Source: a virus
Direction: 5' to 3' (one strand)
Length of the DNA: 64,000 nt
Virus record (IMG/VR): IMGVR_UViG_3300042090_000199
Span: 13,745-77,744 of that record
The stretch's first letter is position 1. Every line of letters starts with the position of its first letter. Of the stretch, positions 1-8,085 are shown in pieces. Made by a program: the position numbers and the translations under genes. A model generated the notes under the pieces. That model did no database searches and was not told the DNA's origin. It saw only the letters and a program-made list of their open reading frames with translations.

Positions 1-47
1 TGGGGCGCAACTAGCGCCTGTAGTAACAACTGAAAGGAACCCGATCC

Positions 48-1085
48 ATGATTGGGAAGAAGAGGAAGCTGGTAGTAGGTGCGATCATCGCGGTCGTCAT
101 CGCTATCGTCGCTGCCGTCATCGGTTCCAACCGAGCAACTGCAGCGCCTATCTACGGCGATACGTCGGCCACGGTGAGTCCTTTCACCTTGACCGATCAC
201 GGACCTCACGTGAGTACGCCGACGCCTCTGACGACGCCAGTGACCGTCCTGCCTGCGAGCATCCAGTTTCAGGCGATCGGGACGCCGCCCTTCCTCGGGG
301 CGGATACCTGGCAGGTCAGTCCGGCGACGCTGGATGGCTACGCACTCCAGATCAACAGCGCAGGTCTCCTGACCCTGACGCCGATCAGTGGAGCGACGCA
401 GACCATCGGGGCTGGTGCTATCGCGGTTTCGGCGACTGACGTCCTCGGCGCGACGGGGCTGGATACCGTCACTATCGGGTTCGTCGACGCCACACACTCC
501 AGCCTGACACAGGTGTCACACAACCTGCTGAACAACATCTTCGGCCTGAACAACAACGCCAACGGCCAGGTCGACTTCTCACTGGTACCGACGCCCGCTC
601 CGGCCGTAACCTGGTCGGCAGGGAACCTGCCCAACGGCACGGCGATGGCATCGAACGGTATCCTGACGGCGACGAGCTCGATCCCCGGCGCCTACAATGA
701 GGTGCCTGTGAGGGCTACAGACAGTGGCGGGGCAACAGCCGTCGCGGTCGTGGACCTGACTATCAAGGGTGCGATCGTCGGTAACGATACGCCGAGGCTG
801 TCGCATGGGTATGCGGTTGCGGGAATCAACAGTTCCCGTGAGAACGTGTTCTACGAGCAGGACGGGTCGCCGTCCTGGGACCACTTCACCATCGTGGGCC
901 CCGGCGCGATCAACGGTCACCAGGGTTGGGTTCACGGCCAGCTCGGACTGAACGAAGCGGTCTACGGAGGCCTGCTGGCGGGTCACGGTTACACCGTGTT
1001 CTACCAGCCGGTGACCGGACCAGGCTCGACCACGCCGTGGCCGGGTGCACACTGGGGCTACGTCTACTTCATTAGCGGACGATAG
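48..1085 (+). CDS. Secreted/membrane-anchored protein with putative Ig-like domains
   Basis: N-terminal KKRK plus hydrophobic helix; WSAGNLPNG...GILT...GAY...VRATDSGG resembles the putative-Ig repeat; GC-rich codon usage; RBS GAAAGGA. Confidence 0.6.
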   Translation: MIGKKRKLVVGAIIAVVIAIVAAVIGSNRATAAPIYGDTSATVSPFTLTDHGPHVSTPTPLTTPVTVLPASIQFQAIGTPPFLGADTWQVSPATLDGYALQINSAGLLTLTPISGATQTIGAGAIAVSATDVLGATGLDTVTIGFVDATHSSLTQVSHNLLNNIFGLNNNANGQVDFSLVPTPAPAVTWSAGNLPNGTAMASNGILTATSSIPGAYNEVPVRATDSGGATAVAVVDLTIKGAIVGNDTPRLSHGYAVAGINSSRENVFYEQDGSPSWDHFTIVGPGAINGHQGWVHGQLGLNEAVYGGLLAGHGYTVFYQPVTGPGSTTPWPGAHWGYVYFISGR

Positions 1086-1163
1086 TTACCTGAACGTCCT
1101 GTCCGAGCCGTACGGCGCGGGAACGCCTTACGAGGCGGCTCGGGCAGGGCCTTGAGGTAACTA
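1083..1163 (+). repeat. Conserved hairpin element (GTCCTG/CAGGGC family), copy A
   Basis: Outer stem TAGTTACCT/AGGTAACTA, internal loop GAAC/CTTG, inner stem GTCCTGTCCGAGCC/GGCTCGGGCAGGGC with G-U pairs. Confidence 0.8.
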
Positions 1164-1170
1164 TGGCAGT

Positions 1171-1221
1171 TGCCTTGAATGTCCTGTTCAGTTCTGGGTG
1201 CTGAACAGGGCTTTGAGGGCA
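1171..1221 (+). repeat. Conserved hairpin element, copy B
   Basis: TGCCTT-GAAT-GTCCTGTTCAG / CTGAACAGGGC-TTTG-AGGGCA; same architecture as copy A. Confidence 0.75.
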
Positions 1222-1244
1222 TTCTACAAAGGGAGGAACAAATA

Positions 1245-1568
1245 ATGACTAACTACTACCCGAATAAGGACCGTACTGTACGTCTAGGGCGTCCACCAGC
1301 CTATCCTTGGAAAGAGTGGACTGACGGCACAGAGCGTCTTCTGGTTGAAGGGAAAGACTTCCGGTGCATGGCTGAAAGCTTCGCCCTTCTAGCACGACGT
1401 ACTGCACGTGTTCGAGGACTCCATGTGACAGTTTCTACCATAGCCGTTCCGAAGAGTGCAAAGACTCCGCTAGAGGTCAAAGTGAACGACGAACCTCAAA
1501 ACCTTCAGCCAGGTAACACCTACGTCCTGCTCAAGTTCGAGCGGGAAGAGACTGATGATGAGTCATGA
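1245..1568 (+). CDS. Small putative DNA-binding protein, YPWxxWTDG family paralog 1
   Basis: GRPPAYPWKEWTDG...GKDF shared with ORFs at 52629 and 54215; RBS GGGAGG before ATG 1245. Confidence 0.6.
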   Translation: MTNYYPNKDRTVRLGRPPAYPWKEWTDGTERLLVEGKDFRCMAESFALLARRTARVRGLHVTVSTIAVPKSAKTPLEVKVNDEPQNLQPGNTYVLLKFEREETDDES

Positions 1569-1987
1569 CCATCGAAGTAGACCAGGATAAGTTCCGAGGC
1601 ACTTGCCAGAACTATCGACACGGCCTAAGTTCGGACTACACCTGCCGCGTAGTACGACCTGAAAACGGTCCTCTGAAGGTGTGCAGTAATTGTACTACAT
1701 GGAGTATTACGGACGTTATCTACGAGGACTTGTACAAGGTCAGGATAGCGCAGACCTACGACTGGTGGCGCAGTGAGTTTATCAGGACAGGGCATTCTTA
1801 CGCCAAGGACCGAATGACTGACCTGTATGCGGAACCTGTCACTACAGTAGCTGTCAAGGAGCCTATGCAAGTTCCAGTTAAGAGGCAGCCACCATCGTAT
1901 CTATCCGTCGAAGACTCTGTCAGGGTAATACTGCTCTTCATCATAATCGTAGCCTTGTTCGTCGGGGTGTTCGTCGCGGTACTCTAG
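1565..1987 (+). CDS. Hypothetical membrane protein
   Basis: ATGA overlap with previous gene; Cys pairs; C-terminal TM helix. Confidence 0.6.
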   Translation: MTIEVDQDKFRGTCQNYRHGLSSDYTCRVVRPENGPLKVCSNCTTWSITDVIYEDLYKVRIAQTYDWWRSEFIRTGHSYAKDRMTDLYAEPVTTVAVKEPMQVPVKRQPPSYLSVEDSVRVILLFIIIVALFVGVFVAVL

Positions 1988-2037
1988 TCACAAACACAGT
2001 CTGCGAAAATTCAAGAATTTTTCCCCTCAGTAGCCTC

Positions 2038-2067
2038 TTGCAAGCCTCTTGAGGCTGCAGCTATAAT
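2038..2067 (+). promoter_or_regulatory. Sigma70-type promoter
   Basis: AGCCTC-TTGCAA-N18-TATAAT in an AT-rich gap; same pattern recurs at 6773, 11902, 23075, 52559, 56175. Confidence 0.7.
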
Positions 2068-2117
2068 ATTAACATACGCAGAAATGTGAAGCAGACTAGG
2101 GACAACAGGAGCTGATC

Positions 2118-2729
2118 ATGGCAAGCAGGCGTAGAGCCGCTCAACAGCCTGTGTCGGCGGACGAGCAAGAAGGGACAAACGAGATGACCGAAACTGACTT
2201 CGACGAAACCGTCGCTGTCGACGAAAAGCCTGAGCCGACCTACGACGAGCTGAAGGCTCGCGTCGTCGAGCTCGAGGAGCAGCTGGCCGCGGCAACCAAG
2301 TCGAAGACCAAGAAGGACAAGCCGGAGAAGCGCAAGCCTGATCTTCCCGACGGCTATATCTCCCCTGTAGCCTTCCGTCACAAGCTGGTGGAGCTCGGCC
2401 TGGCCAACGAGAGCATGAGCCCTGTGCAGGTTTACGGGCTGGTACGCAAGGCCTCGTCCAACGGCATGCCTGTCAAGCACTTCGACAAGGCCGGCAACGT
2501 GTACGACGAGATCCAGACGCACCCCGTCACCAACGAGACGCTCACGCGGCCCGGCCTCATCGAGGAAGACGCTCTCAAGTGGTGGAAGGACCGTCCGAAG
2601 CGTCAGCCTGGCCAGCCCAAGCCGAAGACCGAAGGTGAGTCTGCGGACGCCTCCGAGGACTCGGATCTCGAGGACGCCGCCGCGGCCGAAGACCTTGCGG
2701 CGGACGAGGATTTTGACGAGGCCGAGTAG
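2118..2729 (+). CDS. Putative DNA-binding protein with coiled coil and acidic tail
   Basis: ISPVAF...SPVQVYGLVRK...ALKWW resembles the HTH-like ORF at 58603; strongly GC3-biased codons suggest high expression. Confidence 0.6.
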   Translation: MASRRRAAQQPVSADEQEGTNEMTETDFDETVAVDEKPEPTYDELKARVVELEEQLAAATKSKTKKDKPEKRKPDLPDGYISPVAFRHKLVELGLANESMSPVQVYGLVRKASSNGMPVKHFDKAGNVYDEIQTHPVTNETLTRPGLIEEDALKWWKDRPKRQPGQPKPKTEGESADASEDSDLEDAAAAEDLAADEDFDEAE

Positions 2730-2730
2730 C

Positions 2731-2984
2731 AAACGTCCTGTCTGAGTGTTCCTAGGAATGGCGAGGCTCCGCTCAGACAGGATCCAAACGTCCTGTTCGG
2801 ACCTGGGGTTTACAGCGGGCACCGAACAGGACCCAGACACCCTGATCTAGAGTCCCTAATAGGGTTCGTCCCAGTGGTAGGTATCTAGGTCAGGGCCCGA
2901 ACGTCCTGCTCGGGAAGTGGCAACGATCCGTCTAGGAGCTCCTAGGCGACGACCACACGCCCGAGCAGGACTCAAACGTCCAGC
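2731..2984 (+). repeat. Tandem array of hairpins with conserved RRAC-RYCCTG...CAGGRY-YC base and variable loops
   Basis: Units 2731-2785, 2786-2834, 2835-2898, 2899-2973; a fifth opens at 2974; each complete unit has a covarying 11-14 bp stem. Confidence 0.85.
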
Positions 2985-3700
2985 TAGGCGCGTCTAGGAC
3001 ACCAAGGTTTCGATAGCTCGACCATGGTGTGGAAAGAAGCGGAAGCAGGACGAAAAGGCGAAGGGGACAACGCAGGTGAAGCGCAGACCAGCAGGCGCAC
3101 CAGTCACACGTCCTGCCGAGTTGAACCACACCTCTGGTGTCCCCTTCGTCGCGTCGGGACGACACATGTGGGTGTCAGCACCGAGTACGCGCTCGGAACG
3201 TGTTGCACTGGTTCGAATCCAGGTCCCGGCTCGAGGCTCCGTCGTTCTCCCGTTCGACGGAGCCTGCCTAGGTCGACCATCCGCAAAGGGAGTACACACA
3301 CGAGGATGCTTCGGTCAGACTCCACCTAGGCATTACGCCGGCCCGGCGGCGTGCGTCTTGCTTCACCCTCCAGTGGCAGACGCGAAGGGTTCACCCCACT
3401 CACCGGGACCCACAATCGTAGCTGGCAGGAACACTCAACCTCGAGGACTCTTGAGTAAGGTCCGAAGCCGAGAGCACGTTTGCCTTATTGGCCCGTGCGC
3501 TAATATCGAGCCAGCCACTCAATCACCGGGCTGTCAGATGCGTAGTCTGAACAGCTGGCGGCCCGGCCATAACCCTGGGAGCACCTCCTATGGGCGGTCG
3601 ATCGCGACAAGGCAAGCCGGGCCTGCTCTGCTGATCCTGCCCATGCGTGGCGGTGCAGCGGGAGGTGCTCCCAGGCCGACTGAAGGCTGCTGGATGTGTA
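2976..3700 (+). ncRNA. Putative large structured ncRNA of unknown class
   Basis: No credible ORF; many stems, e.g. 3057-3069/3138-3150, 3045-3052/3109-3116, 3574-3589/3660-3675; T-loop GGTTCGAATCC; possible closing helix 2976-2984/3689-3697. Confidence 0.7.
3153..3230 (+). ncRNA. tRNA-like module (not a canonical tRNA)
   Basis: 8-bp acceptor-like stem, D-like arm with GG, extended anticodon-like arm, CTGG-TTCGAAT-CCAG T arm; no CCA. Confidence 0.6.
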
Positions 3701-3755
3701 GGCTTAATCTACAGCATAGAGTACCTGACCAGTGTGACGTAAGAGAGGAGCGGTA

Positions 3756-4139
3756 ATGCCTACAGCTGTTGACGCTCGTCTGTACGAGCAGTGCTGCAAG
3801 GTCTACGACGCCATGAACGAAGCCGCACAGACCCGTAACGCCGACGGAGTCGCTGTCTATCGAGGTTACACGACCTACCTTCTTGAGCAGTGCGGCTACT
3901 CGATCAGCATTTACACTCCGGTCATGCGTAGACTTCGATCCATGGGTTGCGTTCAGCAAAAGGTCCGCGGAGGCCGTGGTATTCCTAGCGAGTGGCTAGT
4001 CATTAAGCCTCCGACGCGTGCGGCCTTTGCTCAGGGTGGGCAGCGATGGATGGCACAACAGGAGCGCATTTCGGATTTGGAAGCTCGTGTCGAGATTCTC
4101 GAGGCACGCCTGGAAGAAGTCCCAGAAGAAGCCGTATAA
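3756..4139 (+). CDS. Winged-helix-like DNA-binding protein with C-terminal coiled coil
   Basis: YTPVMRRLRSMGCVQQKVRGGRG..SEW wHTH-like pattern; RBS GAGGAG. Confidence 0.55.
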   Translation: MPTAVDARLYEQCCKVYDAMNEAAQTRNADGVAVYRGYTTYLLEQCGYSISIYTPVMRRLRSMGCVQQKVRGGRGIPSEWLVIKPPTRAAFAQGGQRWMAQQERISDLEARVEILEARLEEVPEEAV

Positions 4140-4288
4140 ATAATTCAGTAATAGCCAGTTCCTTTTTTCACTATAGGCCAGTAATCCAAATACTAAATAC
4201 GAAATAGTCGGGAGGTGTTAGCAATGCGTAACTGGCTACACGATCTGGTCGAGGCTCTTTGCGACCATCCGGAATTGGACGATGACCT

Positions 4289-4534
4289 GTGAAGTGGCAA
4301 ACAATTCACCCTGCTACATGCGCACACTGCGGGACTCCTGTAACAGATGTGAGACACGTATGCGAACAGGCAATCAAGGACTGGCTAGCTCTGAATGCTG
4401 AGACATCTGTCCTACCTAAGCCTGGAAGATTCGTGTACGAAATCTTCCGAGAGCTTCAGGCCAAACCTTATCGTACGCTAGACCCTGATCCGTCTATACG
4501 TCCACCGATGGAAGACGTGATCAGCGACCTATAG
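4289..4534 (+). CDS. Hypothetical protein (CxxC)
   Basis: ORF with CAHC motif in the operon. Confidence 0.45.
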   Translation: MKWQTIHPATCAHCGTPVTDVRHVCEQAIKDWLALNAETSVLPKPGRFVYEIFRELQAKPYRTLDPDPSIRPPMEDVISDL

Positions 4535-4545
4535 GAGACAATAGT

Positions 4546-4668
4546 ATGCCCTGGTACTTCTGGGTCTTCGTAGGTCTCTGCGGAGCCTGTGTTCTAGTTC
4601 TCCTGGTGTTCGTCGTCTTCCTAGGTTACATGCTAAAGCATTCCGGCGAAGGAAGAGGTAGTCGATAG
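4546..4668 (+). CDS. Small membrane protein (not in ORF track)
   Basis: MPWYFWVFVGLCGACVLVLLVFVVFLGYMLK...; RBS AGGAG. Confidence 0.55.
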   Translation: MPWYFWVFVGLCGACVLVLLVFVVFLGYMLKHSGEGRGSR

Positions 4669-4671
4669 CAT

Positions 4672-4830
4672 ATGAACTGTCGAACTTGTGGGGCGGAACT
4701 AATTCCAGGCACAGTCTCCGAAGGCGGTAACTGGACTAAAGATCGTCAGCAGAGCCAAGCCTACGAGTGCACGCCCTGTAACGCTCCTCAGAATTGTAAC
4801 TGTGTAAGTCTGTACGGAGTATTGTTGTGA
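4672..4830 (+). CDS. Small Zn-ribbon-like protein (not in ORF track)
   Basis: MNCRTCG...ECTPC; its stop overlaps the helicase GTG (GTGA). Confidence 0.5.
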   Translation: MNCRTCGAELIPGTVSEGGNWTKDRQQSQAYECTPCNAPQNCNCVSLYGVLL

Positions 4831-6317
4831 CTACGACACTATACCAGCAACTATACAGGTTCCAACAAGAGCTCGTCGACAAGTTGGGAAGTCCTGATAT
4901 TCCAGCCCGTCTCATTGGGGACGAAATGGGAACCGGCAAGACATATGAGGCTATAGCCATCGAAGACCGTCTACGACGCACACACACAGGCACCAAGATG
5001 CGCACCCTCATTGTTGCGCCTTGGAGCGTTCATGAAACCTGGAAACGTAAGCTCATAGAGCTACTTGGTCTAAAGCCTGCTGATGTTGTTGTTATTGACC
5101 GTAAGAAGAGGACTACCTTTCTACGAGCTGTCCAGCTCGGCCAGGCCAAGTATTATATTGTGCACTACGAAGCTCTGCGCATTGCAGACATGCAGCCGTT
5201 GCAGCGCATCCATTGGTTCCATATCATTGCAGACGAGATTCATCGAATCAAGTCTCCTAAAGCATTGCAGACGAAAGCTTTTAAGCGTCTCAAGGCTCAG
5301 TTTAAGACAGGCATGTCTGGTTCGATTGCAGACGATCGCCCTCAGGACTTCTGGAGCCCTCTACACTGGGCTCGTCCTGATCTGTTTCCGAACGTCTCGA
5401 CGAAGGACCCTACCAAACTATTCGTCAAGGACTGGTGCGAGACTGAAGAGTTCGAAGGCCGTTTTCTCGGTATCGACGACGATGGTAACGAACTCCATCA
5501 GATGCATAAGCGTGTCACAGGTATGCGTCAGGATCGTCTCGACGAGTTTCACGCGCTTATCGCGCCGTTCTATATGCGTCGGCTGAAAGAAGACGTTCTC
5601 GATCTGCCTGAGAAGGTTTTCAGTCCCGTTCACGTTACCTTGTACGCCGGACAGCAAAAGGTGTACGACCAGCTGAAGCGTGAGTTCATAGCTTGGATCG
5701 GCGAACACGAAGACGAAGAGCTACGAATCAACCGTATGTTCGTCTTCGCACAGCTCGTGCGTCTGCAGCAAGCTGCCCTAGCGTCCTTGATGTTCAGGGA
5801 TACTGGCAAGGCTGACCGCTTCGGCAAGCCGATCAAGAAGGTTGCACTACGTGAACCTTCAGCCAAACTAGATGCCTTTGTAGACTGGGCTTCTGACGTT
5901 AACAGTCCTGTCGTCGTGTTCAGTCAAAGCAGAGGCATGATAGACCTGACTGCAGCAAGACTTGATGCAGCCGGAGCTCGCGTAGGCGTTTACACAGGCG
6001 GAACTCCTGATAAAGTTCGTCAGCAAATCATAGACAACTTCAGCGCAGGCAAGCTAGACTTCTTTCTTGGCACGATCAAGGCTGGAGGAGAAGGCGTTGA
6101 CGGTCTGCAACGAGCGTCTAGCACAATGGTGTTTTTTGATAGGGCCTGGGGACCGTTCAGGAATAAGCAAGCTGAAGATCGTCTGCATCGTGAAGGTCAG
6201 AAGAGTTCGGTCCAAATCGTTGACTTCTACGCTCCGAAAACTGTAGATGCAAAGGTTCGAGCGACAAATATCCGTAAGTGGCGAGACCTTCGCCAGATCC
6301 TAGGAGATGAGAGATAG
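4827..6317 (+). CDS. SNF2-like SF2 DNA helicase
   Basis: GDEMGTGKT, DEIH, MSGS, RRLKEDVL, GGEGVDGLQ, QAEDRLHREGQ. Confidence 0.92.
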   Translation: MTTTLYQQLYRFQQELVDKLGSPDIPARLIGDEMGTGKTYEAIAIEDRLRRTHTGTKMRTLIVAPWSVHETWKRKLIELLGLKPADVVVIDRKKRTTFLRAVQLGQAKYYIVHYEALRIADMQPLQRIHWFHIIADEIHRIKSPKALQTKAFKRLKAQFKTGMSGSIADDRPQDFWSPLHWARPDLFPNVSTKDPTKLFVKDWCETEEFEGRFLGIDDDGNELHQMHKRVTGMRQDRLDEFHALIAPFYMRRLKEDVLDLPEKVFSPVHVTLYAGQQKVYDQLKREFIAWIGEHEDEELRINRMFVFAQLVRLQQAALASLMFRDTGKADRFGKPIKKVALREPSAKLDAFVDWASDVNSPVVVFSQSRGMIDLTAARLDAAGARVGVYTGGTPDKVRQQIIDNFSAGKLDFFLGTIKAGGEGVDGLQRASSTMVFFDRAWGPFRNKQAEDRLHREGQKSSVQIVDFYAPKTVDAKVRATNIRKWRDLRQILGDER

Positions 6318-6738
6318 CATGGAAGACCTACAGGACCGTATCTACACCGTCGTCGAGGAAGCCCTTCCTCTGAGTAGTACAGGTCTCAATGTCCTGGGGT
6401 TCGACGTAGTCTTCGGCAACTGGGACGTCAACGGGAATCCTACTGCAGCCTACGCCATAATCATCGTCGCTAGGCCTACGCTACCTGGAGGCGCGGCGCT
6501 CCTGGATAACAGTCCTGCAGACGTACACGTTCAGATCATCGGTCAGGTGACTCTTGAAGGACCTGCAGGAGACTTCTATCCCTCCGACAAGACTATTCGG
6601 GCACACGTCAAGACAGCCTGCGACGCGATGCGTCTGAAGGCGACGCAGAAGCAGGCACCTTCTAACGGTGGTGCAGTACCACCTAACCCGTTCACGGAGG
6701 CTCTCAAGCGTCATCAACAGCAGCGTGAGCAAGGATAG
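6307..6738 (+). CDS. Hypothetical protein
   Basis: ORF coupled to the helicase stop. Confidence 0.6.
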   Translation: MRDSMEDLQDRIYTVVEEALPLSSTGLNVLGFDVVFGNWDVNGNPTAAYAIIIVARPTLPGGAALLDNSPADVHVQIIGQVTLEGPAGDFYPSDKTIRAHVKTACDAMRLKATQKQAPSNGGAVPPNPFTEALKRHQQQREQG

Positions 6739-6772
6739 TAACGATACCTCAAAAAGATCTTGCTGGAGCCTC

Positions 6773-6802
6773 TAGCATTTCTGTTAGGTCTCGTGATATA
6801 AT
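6773..6802 (+). promoter_or_regulatory. Sigma70-type promoter (extended -10)
   Basis: AGCCTC-TAGCAT-N18-TATAAT with TG at the extended position. Confidence 0.65.
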
Positions 6803-6838
6803 TAAGTAAGGAAAGAATAGTGGTGTTCGGGAGCGGCT

Positions 6839-7036
6839 GTGAGTCGTAAGTATAACTGTAAACATCCGAACCGTGGCATTTCGAAGTACATCGATCGTCT
6901 TAGACGTAGAGGCCTTAGTAAGGCGCCCAGGATGGAACCTCTAGCAGACCTGAAGAAGCGTCAGAAGATCGAACCTATTCCCGAGTCTGAGATAGTCCGA
7001 GCAGGCTGGGGTCTCGGAGGCGAAGATGTCGGCTGA
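6839..7036 (+). CDS. Hypothetical basic protein
   Basis: First ORF after the promoter. Confidence 0.5.
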   Translation: MSRKYNCKHPNRGISKYIDRLRRRGLSKAPRMEPLADLKKRQKIEPIPESEIVRAGWGLGGEDVG

Positions 7037-7322
7037 AGAAGACTTTCAGGCGTTCTGGGAAAAGAAGACAGGAACCTCCAATAGACATCCTAGAGAAGTC
7101 CTCATACGAGGTTACCAGTTTTACGATCTTCTTCTAGAGGCCTTCACAGCAGGGCGTGAAAGTGTCGAACCGGTTATCAATCCTGAATGGTGCAAGGAGA
7201 TAGTTACCTTGCACAGGTCCAACTCGAACTTCTGGACCATACCAGAACTAGCCAAGCTATTCCAACTTCCAGAAGACCAAGTCAGGGAGATCCTGAATGC
7301 CAAGCAAGACGCTACTGGTTAA
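7026..7322 (+). CDS. HTH domain protein
   Basis: WTIPELAKLFQLPEDQVREIL. Confidence 0.6.
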   Translation: MSAEEDFQAFWEKKTGTSNRHPREVLIRGYQFYDLLLEAFTAGRESVEPVINPEWCKEIVTLHRSNSNFWTIPELAKLFQLPEDQVREILNAKQDATG

Positions 7323-8085
7323 CGAAATCTTCGGTCCAACGATACAGGGTGAAGGTCCTGCAATGGGCCGACGCTGTGCTTTCGTTCGGCTAGCAATCTG
7401 CCCGTTGCGCTGCAAGTGGTGCGACACTCCTTACACGTGGGCCTTCTCGAACCCTATTGCCGCGCACCATCAGAGTCACAAGGTGTACGACTATACCGAG
7501 GAAGTTCGCGAGATGACCGTAGGCGACGTTGTCAGCCAGGCTATCTTCTGTGCATCAGGTGCTAACCTCGTAGTCCTATCAGGTGGTGAACCGCTAGCTC
7601 AGGTCCCTGTCCCGCTACAGGATCCTGGAATCAAGCTGGAAGAGTCTTACGGCGACCCTGTAGGGCTCCTGGTAAATACGCTGCTAGAGGCAGGTATCGA
7701 GACGCATATCGAGACTGCAGGCGTTCGTAGACCTAGCCCGTTCTTGCACGAAGCTGTAGGTGGATATGTCGTTTCGCCTAAGCTGGTCACTAGTGGTAAC
7801 AGTCTCAAGGTAAGACGAGACCTAGACGTCCTGAGGTTCTTCGCGGACACGAATAAGGCGTTCTTCAAGTTCGTGATTACGGAACCGAACGACTTCTCCG
7901 AGATCAGCCAGATAGCAGCCCTATGTAGTATCCCGCCGTGGCGCATATGGGTAATGCCGGAAGGCACGACGCCCAAAGCTATCCAGGAAAAGATGACGTT
8001 CGTAGCAGACCGTGGAATTCGAGCAGGCTACAACGTCTCGTCACGTCTACACATCCTGGCTTGGGGCGACCAGAGAGCACACTGA
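7297..8085 (+). CDS. queE: 7-carboxy-7-deazaguanine synthase (radical SAM)
   Basis: EIFGPTIQGEG, CPLRCKWCDTPY, SGGEPL, SPKL, RLH..WG. Confidence 0.93.
   Translation: MPSKTLLVNEIFGPTIQGEGPAMGRRCAFVRLAICPLRCKWCDTPYTWAFSNPIAAHHQSHKVYDYTEEVREMTVGDVVSQAIFCASGANLVVLSGGEPLAQVPVPLQDPGIKLEESYGDPVGLLVNTLLEAGIETHIETAGVRRPSPFLHEAVGGYVVSPKLVTSGNSLKVRRDLDVLRFFADTNKAFFKFVITEPNDFSEISQIAALCSIPPWRIWVMPEGTTPKAIQEKMTFVADRGIRAGYNVSSRLHILAWGDQRAH

Noticed and set aside
1522-1548. Extra copy of the GTCCTG hairpin inside a gene
   Set aside because: An 8-bp stem is possible, but it lacks the AAC/CTTG loop and lies in coding sequence, so it may be chance.
2061-2840. Long antisense ORFs (this one and those opposite the capsid, tail and tape measure genes)
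   Set aside because: Shadow frames produced by GC3-biased codons on the real strand.
2731-2984. CRISPR array
   Set aside because: The junction repeats are only ~18 nt and degenerate. The spacers vary from about 31 to 57 nt and have self-complementary ends. No cas operon is present; the Cas4-like nuclease sits in a standard recombination module.
2731-2984. TIGR-type or integron attC array
   Set aside because: No fixed 36-nt period, no box C/D motifs and no Nop-domain gene. No GTTRRRY core and no integrase. G-U pairs favour an RNA structure.
3153-3230. Functional tRNA gene
   Set aside because: No 7-nt anticodon loop on a 5-bp stem, an 8/4 arrangement, and no linker before the D arm.
3000-3330. 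tmRNA
   Set aside because: GGTTTCGA and a T-loop are present, but there is no GGGG 5' acceptor strand, no matching ...CCA end and no tag ORF.
3020-3700. RNase P RNA, SRP RNA or group I/II intron
   Set aside because: Signature sequences were not found (GAGGAAAGTCC, SRP helix 8, GTGCG start/domain V), and no gene is interrupted.
3024-3756. ORFs 3024..3329 and 3076..3756 as proteins
   Set aside because: No clear RBS, Arg/Pro/Ser-rich composition typical of spurious frames, and the sequence is better explained by base pairing.
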